From positions 1-15,799 of the forward strand of contig JBDRQD010000003.1 in NCBI GenBank assembly GCA_043826455.1: a stretch of 15,799 bases of DNA. The letters are read 5' to 3'. The stretch's first letter is position 1; each line of letters opens with the position of its first letter. The position numbers and the translations under genes are program-made. This document shows, piece after piece, positions 6,388 to 14,615 of this stretch. The DNA is from Candidatus Bathyarchaeota archaeon (GTDB lineage: Archaea; Thermoproteota; Bathyarchaeia; TCS64). Under the pieces are notes generated by a model, which worked only from the letters and a program-made list of their open reading frames with translations, had not been told where the DNA came from and ran no database searches.

Positions 6388-7082
6388 AACACATAGTCGA
6401 GACGGCGGACTTAACCAAGACCTACATCCAGGGAGGGCGGCCACTGGAGGTGCTGAAAGGCATCAACATGGCCGTGGAGCAGGGAGAGTTCATGGCCATC
6501 ATGGGGCCCAGCGGCAGCGGCAAGAGCACCCTCCTCAACATGGTGGGCGCCCTCGACCGGCCAACATCGGGCAAGGTGTACATCAACGGCGTTGACCTCA
6601 GCAAGCTCAACGACAACCAGGTGGCGGAGCTCAGGAACAGGGAGATCGGGTTCATCTTCCAGTTCTTCAACCTCATACCCAGGATGGACGCCCGCGGCAA
6701 CGTGGAGCTGCCCATGGCCATAGCGGGCGTCTCCAGGGGCCAGAGGCACAGGAGAGCCATAGAGCTCCTAGACCTCGTCGGCCTGGCCGACAGAGCTGAC
6801 CACAAGCCCAGCCAGCTCAGCGGAGGCGAGCAGCAACGCGTCGCCATTGCCAGGGCCCTGGCCAACGAGCCTAACCTGATCCTAGCAGACGAGGTCACCG
6901 GAAACCTAGACACAACGACAGGTGGAGAGATAATGCATTTACTTAGAATGCTCAACAAGGATGAGGGCAAGACCTTCGTCCTCATCACCCACGATCCAGC
7001 CGTGGGCCAGAACACAGACCGCCTCGTTCAGCTAAGAGACGGCATGATAGTAGGAGAGAAAAGGTTGAGGGACATGATATGA
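6384..7082 (+). CDS. ABC transporter ATP-binding protein, LolD/MacB/YknY type
   Basis: Walker A GPSGSGKS, IGFIFQFFNL, signature LSGGEQQRV, Walker B ILADE, H-loop ITHD. GTG start overlaps the PadR stop (GTGA). Confidence 0.97.
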   Translation: MKHIVETADLTKTYIQGGRPLEVLKGINMAVEQGEFMAIMGPSGSGKSTLLNMVGALDRPTSGKVYINGVDLSKLNDNQVAELRNREIGFIFQFFNLIPRMDARGNVELPMAIAGVSRGQRHRRAIELLDLVGLADRADHKPSQLSGGEQQRVAIARALANEPNLILADEVTGNLDTTTGGEIMHLLRMLNKDEGKTFVLITHDPAVGQNTDRLVQLRDGMIVGEKRLRDMI

Positions 7083-8599
7083 TAAAGAAAAGAACTATTG
7101 GAGCACTTGCGCTGCTGGTAATGGTAATATCATTACTACCCATACCCAGCGCGCAAGCCAATGTACTCCAGGTAACTGTGGATAATATCTACCTTACTGC
7201 AGGAGAGGCTAACAGCATTAAAGTCACATTGAAGAACCTCGGGGTGGACATCTACACCGTTGAAGCGGTTCTCACGTCCCTTGTTCCCGGGATTTCAGTG
7301 ATTAAAGACGCGCAGAAAGGATACGAGGTTATTCAAGATAGAGCAAAGATTTACTACCCTGTTTTATTTGTTGACCAGAACACCCCCCTAGGGACATACA
7401 CGCTTACTCTTACAGTGAAATACATCAGGTACGGTACGGGTTTTGACAGCCCCCTGTCTATCCCCATTGGCGTAGTAGTGAGCAACGAGTCCAGGCCCAA
7501 ACTCCTGTACGTGTCGGGCCAGGAGACAGTTAACGCCAAGACTGGGGCAGCCAGCGAACTGCTTTACGTCTTCGAGAACGACTGGGACGCAAACATCCGG
7601 GGTCTTGAACTGAAGATAAGCTCATCCACAAGCCAGATCATCATCACCGACGGCACGGTCACCAGCTTCGACACAGTGGTCCCAGGCGAACAGATCAGGA
7701 TCACGCTAACCGTGTCCGTGTTGAAGAGCGCCTTACTGGGCGCCTACACGTTGACAGCCAGGGCGACCTACAGAGACTCTTCCGGTAACAACTATTACCA
7801 GAACTATGTTCTTCCAGTGAACCTGGACTCTAAGGCGATCACAGAGAACACGATAATCACCATAAAGAGCATGGAGGTCACTCAGAGCGTCAGGCCCGGC
7901 GACGATTTCACCATATCGGCAACGATTCAATGTGAGGGGGCTGACGCCTTCGACCTCATATCATCCATAAGCCTCACCGGCGTAACCAAGATCTCTCCAC
8001 TGTCGCCCACCAGGGCAAGCGTCGGGGACCTAGTTAACGGGGAGTCCAGAACCGTGACGTGGAGGCTCCAGACCTCAGGGGATATCCCGGCGGGCCTCTA
8101 CCCTGTGGGGATCCAGGTTGTTTACCTCGATAACAAGGGCGCGCCGGGCCAGATCGCGGAGGTCATGACCATCTCAGTGGAGGAGCTCATAGAGTTCGAG
8201 CTTCTGGACGCCCCCACCGTAGTGGTTAAGAAGGGTGAGACTGCGGAGCTTGAGGCCGATCTACTCCTCATAGGGACGGACAGCGTCCAGTTTGTCAGCA
8301 TAGAGCTTGAGAGCGACGCCGTCTTCAAACGGGTCCCGGGCAGCACGGAGTATATCGGTGCAGTGGACCCCGACAGCCCCATCCCCTTCGACATAAAGTA
8401 CAAGGTGGCCGAGGACGCTCCGGAGGGGGACCACGTGATGCGTATCACGGTGAGGTACAGGGATCATCTTAACAGGGAGCACGAGGAGCTCCTGGAGCTG
8501 AACGTAACCGTCGCGGGCAACGTAAAGGACAACACCCAGACCACGGAGGCTCAGCCGTTCTGGGTGTGGGTGCGGCGGCTGCTGGGACTAGGCCCCTAA
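7079..8599 (+). CDS. secreted COG1361-type (S-layer-domain, Ig-like repeat) protein
   Basis: Signal peptide (MIKKR, hydrophobic stretch, SAQA). Repeated beta-rich modules ending G.Y.L.L...Y.D (GTYTLTLTVKY, GAYTLTARATYRD, GLYPVGIQVVYLD, GDHVMRITVRYRD) and YIGAVDPDSPIPF. ATGA overlap with the ATPase stop. Confidence 0.8.
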   Translation: MIKKRTIGALALLVMVISLLPIPSAQANVLQVTVDNIYLTAGEANSIKVTLKNLGVDIYTVEAVLTSLVPGISVIKDAQKGYEVIQDRAKIYYPVLFVDQNTPLGTYTLTLTVKYIRYGTGFDSPLSIPIGVVVSNESRPKLLYVSGQETVNAKTGAASELLYVFENDWDANIRGLELKISSSTSQIIITDGTVTSFDTVVPGEQIRITLTVSVLKSALLGAYTLTARATYRDSSGNNYYQNYVLPVNLDSKAITENTIITIKSMEVTQSVRPGDDFTISATIQCEGADAFDLISSISLTGVTKISPLSPTRASVGDLVNGESRTVTWRLQTSGDIPAGLYPVGIQVVYLDNKGAPGQIAEVMTISVEELIEFELLDAPTVVVKKGETAELEADLLLIGTDSVQFVSIELESDAVFKRVPGSTEYIGAVDPDSPIPFDIKYKVAEDAPEGDHVMRITVRYRDHLNREHEELLELNVTVAGNVKDNTQTTEAQPFWVWVRRLLGLGP

Positions 8600-9802
8600 G
8601 TGATTAACGTGAACCCCCTCGACATCTTCCTCATGTCCACCCAGGGCGTTAAGGAGCGCAAGCTCCGTTTCACCCTCAACATAGTGGGCATCCTCATAGG
8701 CTGCGCGGCGGTCACCGGCCTGGTGAGCGTCACCCAGGGCCTGACGGACAGTGTTTCGCAGCAGCTGGACGTGTTCGGGCCCACCAACATCATCATCATT
8801 CCTGGGGACGTGAGGAGCGGCATGGGTATGGTGGGGGAGACCATGGGCTGGAGGGAGCTGGACATTATAGGGAAGACCTCCAAGGTAGCCGCAGCCACGC
8901 CCATCATCGCCAACAAGTTCTGCAGCTTCACCGTGAGGGGGAGGACCTTCTACACGGATGTCTACGGCCACACGGAGAAGTACGCTGAGATCAATAAGAA
9001 CACCCAGTTGGACGTGGGCAGGCACATAATACGCGGCGACTCGGCCGTTGTGGTGGTCGGTGCCAACGTGGCCAAGCCCGTGGACCTGGATGAGAAGATC
9101 ATTGAGCTAGGGGACAGGATAAAGATCAGCGCCCAGGTGGGGGGCGTCAAGAAAGAGATGACGCTCCGGGTGGTGGGGATACTTAAGGCTCAGGGCAGCA
9201 GCTTCGGCTTCAACCTGGACGACAGCATCGCCGTGCCCCTGGCCACGGCCCAGCAGTTCTACGAGATCGGGGGAGAGTTTGACTTCGTCATAGCCCAGTC
9301 GGAAACCATAGACGATGTAAGCCAGGCCGTGAGGAACCTGAGGGACAGGCTGGGAGACAAGGCCACCGTCATAAGCTACAGCAGCGCCCAGAACATGGTG
9401 GGCAGGGTCCTGGGCACCATCCAGTCTGTGCTGGGGGGGATAGCAGGCATAAGCCTCCTGGTGGCGGGGGTCAGCATCATCAACACCATGACGGTGTCGG
9501 TGATGGAGAGGACCAAGGAGATTGGCACCATGAAGGCGGTGGGCGCCAAGAGCTCGGATGTCCTGTTCATGTTCCTCAGCGAGGCCATGGTGACGGGCTT
9601 GGTTGGAGGCGCCGCCGGGGCGGGTTTCGGGTTCCTCCTGGGGGGCCTCGTGGGGGGCTACATTGATTTACCTGTTAAGGCTTCATTGAGTCTGGGTGCC
9701 TTTGTGGTGAGCTTCGCGGTGGCGACTGCTGTGGTGTCAGGGTTGTATCCTGCGTGGAGGGCTAGTAACCTTAGCCCTGTGGAGGCTTTGAGACATGAGT
9801 GA
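8600..9802 (+). CDS. ABC transporter permease, MacB/FtsX (YknZ-like) type
   Basis: RKLRFTLNIVGILIG, a large extracytoplasmic loop, GIINTM-like SIINTMTVSVMERTKEIGTMKAVGA, and C-terminal GLYPAWRASNLSPVEALRHE. GTG start at 8600 or 8609. Confidence 0.96.
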   Translation: MINVNPLDIFLMSTQGVKERKLRFTLNIVGILIGCAAVTGLVSVTQGLTDSVSQQLDVFGPTNIIIIPGDVRSGMGMVGETMGWRELDIIGKTSKVAAATPIIANKFCSFTVRGRTFYTDVYGHTEKYAEINKNTQLDVGRHIIRGDSAVVVVGANVAKPVDLDEKIIELGDRIKISAQVGGVKKEMTLRVVGILKAQGSSFGFNLDDSIAVPLATAQQFYEIGGEFDFVIAQSETIDDVSQAVRNLRDRLGDKATVISYSSAQNMVGRVLGTIQSVLGGIAGISLLVAGVSIINTMTVSVMERTKEIGTMKAVGAKSSDVLFMFLSEAMVTGLVGGAAGAGFGFLLGGLVGGYIDLPVKASLSLGAFVVSFAVATAVVSGLYPAWRASNLSPVEALRHE

Positions 9803-10451
9803 GAGTGACAAGGGTTTTGTTGAGCTGCTCCTGGGCGTCCTGAGAAGGCCCGGCGAGTACTTCGGATACGTGGAGGAGGACGACCTGGCCAAGGGCTTGA
9901 TCATCGTCGCGGTTATGGTGGTCCTCGCGGCGGCTTCCACCAGCGTCTACATGTCTAAGATACCATTGGAGGTGTTGGTGCCTCAGCTCGGGGAATTGGG
10001 CGTGGATATAGGGGATGTGGCGGGAAGCATGGGTCTGTTCTCCGCCGTCGGGGCAGGCGTGAGCATACTCTTGGGCTGGGTCCTCTCCACGGTGGTCATG
10101 CACGGGCTGGCCAACCTGGCAGGGGGCCGGGGAAGCATGAAGAGGCTCTTCGCCATGCACGGCTTCGCGGCGGCGCCCCACGCGGCCAACTATGCGCTGA
10201 GGACTGTGGACGCCTTCGTGTCTAGCAGCCAGTCCCTGGTGACCTACTTCATGGCAGGCAGGGTCGTGGAGGCAAAGCTGGTGAGGGCGGTGCTGGGCAC
10301 CAACATGTTGACGGTGTTCGGCGTCGCGGGGCTCGTGTACCTGACCTACGCCCTGTCCATTAACTATCAGCTGAGAAGGGATAGAGCCCTGGCGGTGGCC
10401 ATCGTCCCCCTGCTTCTTTACATAGCCCTCAGCTACCTCAGCCCAGCTTGA
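9795..10451 (+). CDS. Yip1 family membrane protein
   Basis: N-terminal GVLRRPGEYF (P..FF-like motif), about 5 TM segments, HGLANLAGGRGSMKRLF motif. Overlaps the permease by 8 nt. Confidence 0.75.
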   Translation: MSESDKGFVELLLGVLRRPGEYFGYVEEDDLAKGLIIVAVMVVLAAASTSVYMSKIPLEVLVPQLGELGVDIGDVAGSMGLFSAVGAGVSILLGWVLSTVVMHGLANLAGGRGSMKRLFAMHGFAAAPHAANYALRTVDAFVSSSQSLVTYFMAGRVVEAKLVRAVLGTNMLTVFGVAGLVYLTYALSINYQLRRDRALAVAIVPLLLYIALSYLSPA

Positions 10452-10496
10452 CCGTAACTGTTTCATTCTTTTACACGCAGGTATTATCGAGTCGAG

Positions 10497-11942
10497 TTGG
10501 GCAACCCATACAGTGAGCTGGATAAGAGGATACTAGGCGAGGCCTACGGCAGCGACCAGGCCATGGAGATCGTGACCACCCTCTGCGACGACTATGATAG
10601 CAGATGGCAGGGCTCAGGGATGGACGAGGCCGCCTGCAGGTACATGGCGGAGTGGCTAAGGGGCCACGGCCTGGAGAACGTGCGCCTGGAGAAGTTCACG
10701 TTGCCCGGCTGGATCAGGGGCAGCAGCAGCCTGAGACTTGTTGAGCCCAAGGAGAAGAGGATCGACTGCATCGCGCTTCCCATGAGCTGCGAGGGCGAGG
10801 TTGAGGCGGACCTGGTCTACCTTGGCCCGGGGCCTGTGGACATCTACGAGAAGATGAGGAGCGACATCGAAGGCAAGATAGTGATGGTTAACAGCGGCAA
10901 CCCGCCGGGCATGGCCAGGTTCCTCCACAGGAGCGAGAAGTACCAGAGGAGCGTCCTGGCCGGCGCCGCGGGATGGATCTTCATGAACCACTACCCAGCC
11001 TACGGGCCCCCGACGGGGGGCATCAGCCCCATAATACCGGCGGTGGGTGTCAGCTACGAGGACGGCATGTACCTTGCCAGGCTCCTGGAGCGGAAGGGAC
11101 GGGTGAGACTGAGACTGGAGACCAGATGCAGGAACCTGGACGTGGACACCTGGAACGTGGTCGCCGACCTGCGGGGCACGGGCGGCACCGACGAGTGGGT
11201 GGTCTACGGGGCCCACTACGAGGGCCACGACATCTCGGTGGGCGCACTGGACGACGCCACGGGGGCCGCCTGCGTCATGGAGATGGCCAGGATACTGGCT
11301 AAGGAGAGGGGCAAGATGAAGCGGAATATGAGGTTCATCCTGTTCGGAGCCGAGGAGATCGGTCTCCACGGGAGCAGGGCTTACGTGAAGGCTCACCCCG
11401 GGGAAATGAGCAGGATCAGGTTCATGCTCAACTTCGACGCAGCGGGCAGGGCCGGAAGGCAGGGCTTCTGCCTTCACGGCTGGCCCGGCCTGGAACCCAT
11501 GTTCAAGCAGATAATAGCTGACCTGGGACTCGATCTGCCCCTCTGGAGCCAGGTGGGGCCCTACAGCGACCACTGGCCTTTCCTGCTCCATGGCGTCCCG
11601 ACGGCCACCATGGGGGACCCCGAGGAGGCCCGGAGGAGGGCGGGCAGAGGCTTCGGTCACACCAAGTACGACACGGTGGACAAGTGCGACCCCCGGGCCA
11701 TGCGGGAGTGCATCGGAAACGCGGCTGTGACGGCCGTGAGGCTCGTTAACGAGGAAAACTGGCCCGTAGCTCACCGCACCCAGGCCGAGATAGATAAACT
11801 GGTTCAGGCTCAGGGCTATGAGGAGACTGTGCGTCTGGGCAAGAAGCTACAGGCCTACCTTGAGGCTAGGAAGGACGGGCTGAGGCCTGAGACCCTGGAG
11901 TATCTGAAGAGGCTTTCGGGGAGCTGGGAGGAGGTCATCTAG
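10497..11942 (+). CDS. M28 family metallopeptidase with PA domain (paralog 1)
   Basis: NVVADLRG, GAHYEGH, GALDDATG, FGAEEIGLHGS, MLNFD, YSDHWPF, GHTKYDTVDK. PA insert (ADLVYLG...GKIVMV...AGAAGWI). No signal peptide. TTG start aligns with paralog 2. Confidence 0.93.
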   Translation: MGNPYSELDKRILGEAYGSDQAMEIVTTLCDDYDSRWQGSGMDEAACRYMAEWLRGHGLENVRLEKFTLPGWIRGSSSLRLVEPKEKRIDCIALPMSCEGEVEADLVYLGPGPVDIYEKMRSDIEGKIVMVNSGNPPGMARFLHRSEKYQRSVLAGAAGWIFMNHYPAYGPPTGGISPIIPAVGVSYEDGMYLARLLERKGRVRLRLETRCRNLDVDTWNVVADLRGTGGTDEWVVYGAHYEGHDISVGALDDATGAACVMEMARILAKERGKMKRNMRFILFGAEEIGLHGSRAYVKAHPGEMSRIRFMLNFDAAGRAGRQGFCLHGWPGLEPMFKQIIADLGLDLPLWSQVGPYSDHWPFLLHGVPTATMGDPEEARRRAGRGFGHTKYDTVDKCDPRAMRECIGNAAVTAVRLVNEENWPVAHRTQAEIDKLVQAQGYEETVRLGKKLQAYLEARKDGLRPETLEYLKRLSGSWEEVI

Positions 11943-12018
11943 TTTATAATATCCCTTCATCCATTGTCGACGCCGGTAATAGTTATCATCATTAAGGGAT
12001 GAACCCATAGTCTTCACC

Positions 12019-12345
12019 ATGATTTCAGTCTCCGATGTCGAGGAACTGGCTGCGAAGATATCTGAGCCTTGGTCGCCTGTAGACGTAGCGTACGTCAACG
12101 ACCAAGTGATCAGGATGGCTGTCTTCCACGGCGTGTACCATTGGCACAAGCATGCTGAGGAGGATGAGCTATTCTACGTGGTTGAGGGCTCAATAACCAT
12201 CAAAATTAAGGGCGGCGAGGATGTCCGGTTGAACAAAGGTCAGATGTGCGTTGTGCCGAGAAACGTTGAGCACTGCCCTCTGAGCTATGATCCCTCCTTG
12301 GTGCTTCTGTTTGAGCCCAGTGACCTGAAGAGCAGAGGGGACTAG
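12019..12345 (+). CDS. cupin domain protein (mannose-6-phosphate isomerase-like)
   Basis: WSP...VND, WHKHAEEDELFYVVEG and VVPRNVEHCP metal-binding cupin motifs. Confidence 0.93.
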   Translation: MISVSDVEELAAKISEPWSPVDVAYVNDQVIRMAVFHGVYHWHKHAEEDELFYVVEGSITIKIKGGEDVRLNKGQMCVVPRNVEHCPLSYDPSLVLLFEPSDLKSRGD

Positions 12346-12371
12346 TTTCAGGGAAGTATCGGGGCCGGATT

Positions 12372-12383
12372 GAAATTTTATAT
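12372..12383 (+). promoter_or_regulatory. putative BRE-TATA for M28 paralog 2
   Basis: GAAA-TTTTATAT, ending about 33 nt upstream of TTG 12416. Confidence 0.55.
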
Positions 12384-12415
12384 CCACAGTAAGCTAGTAT
12401 ATGCCGGTGTAAATT

Positions 12416-13843
12416 TTGACTAATCCGCATCTGGATGTCGACAAGAAGATCATGGCAGAGGTGTACACCAGCTCCGAGCCCATGGACAACCTGAAGGTTC
12501 TTTGCGACGTGCACGGGAGCAGATTCCCCGGCTCCGCGGGAGACAAGCCCAGCGTCGAGTACATGGTGAAGAAGCTGGAGGAGTACGGCTGCGTGAACGC
12601 CCACATGGAGGAGTTCAAGATCGCGGGCTGGACGAGGGGCCCGGCGACCCTTGAGATCATTAAGCCCGTGAAGAAGAGCTTCGAGGTGATAAGCCTCCCC
12701 CACAGCATAGGCGGCGACGTGGAGGGCAAGCTCGTGTTCCTGGGCGACGGGGCCATCCCCGACTACGAGAAGCGCAAGGCCGAGATCGAGAGCAGCATAG
12801 TGATGGTCTCCTCCGCGAACCCCAAGGGCATGCAGAGGTCCCTGCACAGGAGCGAGAAGTTCATGCGCAGCGTCATGGCTGGCGCCAAGGGCTGGATATT
12901 CATGAACCAGTACCCGGCGTACGGGCCCCAGACGGGCGGCATCAACCCTGTCATCCCCTCCATAAGCGTCAGCTACGAGGATGGCATGTATCTGGCCAGG
13001 CTCCTGGAGAGGGAGAAGGATGTGGTGGTCAGGATCAAGACTACTGACAGGAACCACGAGGTGGTCACCTACAACGTGGTGGCCGACGTAGTGCCCAAGA
13101 AGCCCGTGGACGACGAGTACGTCATAGTGGGCAGCCACTACGACGGCCACGACATCAGCCAGGGCGCCGTTGACCCGGCGTCAGGGGCCGTCACCGTCAT
13201 GGAGATCGCCCGCGTTCTGTGCAAGGTGAAGGATAAGCTTAAGCGCCGCGTCAGGTGCATGTGCTTCGGCGCCGAGGAGATAGGCCTCTACGGAAGCTAC
13301 GCCTACGCCAGGGACCACGCAGCGGAGCTGGATAAGTGCAGGTTCATGCTGAACCTGGACAGCGGTGGCAGCGCAGGCAAGAAGGGCATAGTGTTCCACG
13401 ACTTCCCTGAGCTGGAGCCCCTGGCCGAGGAGTGGGCCAAGCAGATGGTGGCCGAGGTGCCAACCGACCAGAACGTGAGCCCCTACAGCGACCACTGGCC
13501 GTTCTTCCTGAAGAGCGTGCCCTGCGCCAGCGGCGGCGACCCCACCCAGGTGAGGACCGGCAGAGGCTACGGCCACTCCAAGTACGATACCCTGGACAAG
13601 GTGGAGATGCAGTACCTGCACCTCGCCGCGGCCAACTACAGCAGGTTCCTGTTCAGGGTCGCGGACGACGACAAGTGGAGCCCCAAGAGGAAGACCCAGG
13701 AGGAGATCCAGGAGTTCATCAAGGAGAAGGGCTACGACAAGACGGTGGCCCTGGCCGACCAGGTGAGGGAGTATGTTAAGAAGAACTACAAGAGCATCCA
13801 CCCCGAGACAAAGGAGTGGTTAGAGAGGGGTGGCGCCTGGTAG
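12416..13843 (+). CDS. M28 family metallopeptidase with PA domain (paralog 2)
   Basis: GSHYDGH, GAVDPASG, FGAEEIGLYGS, MLNLD, YSDHWPF, GHSKYDTLDK. Colinear with paralog 1 over the full length. Confidence 0.93.
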   Translation: MTNPHLDVDKKIMAEVYTSSEPMDNLKVLCDVHGSRFPGSAGDKPSVEYMVKKLEEYGCVNAHMEEFKIAGWTRGPATLEIIKPVKKSFEVISLPHSIGGDVEGKLVFLGDGAIPDYEKRKAEIESSIVMVSSANPKGMQRSLHRSEKFMRSVMAGAKGWIFMNQYPAYGPQTGGINPVIPSISVSYEDGMYLARLLEREKDVVVRIKTTDRNHEVVTYNVVADVVPKKPVDDEYVIVGSHYDGHDISQGAVDPASGAVTVMEIARVLCKVKDKLKRRVRCMCFGAEEIGLYGSYAYARDHAAELDKCRFMLNLDSGGSAGKKGIVFHDFPELEPLAEEWAKQMVAEVPTDQNVSPYSDHWPFFLKSVPCASGGDPTQVRTGRGYGHSKYDTLDKVEMQYLHLAAANYSRFLFRVADDDKWSPKRKTQEEIQEFIKEKGYDKTVALADQVREYVKKNYKSIHPETKEWLERGGAW

Positions 13844-13851
13844 CCTAACAC

Positions 13852-13858
13852 TTTTTTT
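13852..13858 (+). terminator. oligo-T archaeal terminator
   Basis: T7 run 9 nt after the M28 paralog 2 stop codon. Confidence 0.55.
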
Positions 13859-13912
13859 GTTAGGAAATATTTTTAGCATCTTTTAAAACCGGCCTAAGTC
13901 TACAATAGAAAT

Positions 13913-14251
13913 GTGAAGTTACGTGTGGTCAAGCCCCACAGGGCCTCCTTCGATTACTCTGTCGCCTTCAAGAAAGGGGACAAGGTGAAGGTAGGCCGCG
14001 AGGACCCTGAGATGCCCGGCTGGTACTGGTGCGAGAACGATGACGGGGTCTGGTCCTGGGTGCCAGAGGAGTACCTGGAGAGGAAAGGACCGGTGGCAGT
14101 TATCACTCAGAAGTACGACACGGGGGAGTTCACCGTAGACAAGGGAGAAATACTGGAATATATGACAGAAGTGCACCTCTGGACCCTCTGCAGAGCCCGC
14201 GACGGCAGGGTGGGCTGGGTGCCCACCGCGAACATGGAGAAGACCCAATAG
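13913..14251 (+). CDS. tandem SH3 domain protein
   Basis: Two SH3-like units: FKKGDKV...PGWYWCE...WSWVPEEYL and YDTGEFTVDKGEIL...WTLCR..DGRVGWVP. A TTTTAAAA box lies about 25-30 nt upstream of the GTG. Confidence 0.88.
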   Translation: MKLRVVKPHRASFDYSVAFKKGDKVKVGREDPEMPGWYWCENDDGVWSWVPEEYLERKGPVAVITQKYDTGEFTVDKGEILEYMTEVHLWTLCRARDGRVGWVPTANMEKTQ

Positions 14252-14282
14252 GTTTTAAACAGGGGCACCTCCGCAACACTGG

Positions 14283-14615
14283 ATGGAGGACTGCGACAGG
14301 CTCGACCTCCTGTGGCTGGAGGGGAGGTACCTGGGATTCATCGCGGAGACCAGCACGGAGCTCAACATCCTGGAGCACCTTGAGAGTTGCGGCGCCTGCA
14401 GAGCCAAGGTCATGAAGGCCATCGAAAACGATGAGAAGATCCTGGGGCTGGGCAGCCTATTCCTGAAGAGTTCAGATGATGATAAGGTACCCGACTACGG
14501 GGACGACGCCGAGGCTTTCGTGGACGCCCGCATAGTCTGGAGGAAGAGGAAGCTGGAGGAACTCCTCCGGAGCGCCGAGCTGGAGCTGGAGGACCTACGC
14601 CGGGGACTAAGCTAG
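14283..14615 (+). CDS. hypothetical protein with zf-HC2/ZAS-like motif and C-terminal coiled coil
   Basis: C4-x27-H32-x3-C36-x2-C39 (EHLESCGAC) and C-terminal RKLEELLRSAELELEDLRR. TTTTAAA at 14253-14259 lies upstream. The ORF fills the gap between the SH3 and SDR genes. Confidence 0.72.
   Translation: MEDCDRLDLLWLEGRYLGFIAETSTELNILEHLESCGACRAKVMKAIENDEKILGLGSLFLKSSDDDKVPDYGDDAEAFVDARIVWRKRKLEELLRSAELELEDLRRGLS

Noticed and set aside
10656..11774. 372-aa minus-strand ORF
   Set aside because: Antisense to M28 paralog 1, with His/Pro/Val-rich shadow composition.
11951..12003. Inverted repeats (ATCCCTT/AAGGGAT and TTCATCC/GGATGAA) upstream of the cupin as a riboswitch or ncRNA
   Set aside because: Only 7-bp arms with a long loop, no match to an RNA family I recognise, and the right arm overlaps the probable TATA box.
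12206..13801. 314-aa and 206-aa minus-strand ORFs that resemble the 10656-11774 ORF
   Set aside because: Antisense to M28 paralog 2. The resemblance is fully explained by paralogy of the sense-strand genes.
13911..13916. ATG-TGA minimal ORF overlapping the SH3 gene's GTG start
   Set aside because: A six-base coincidence with no supporting evidence. It only adds slight uncertainty to the start call.
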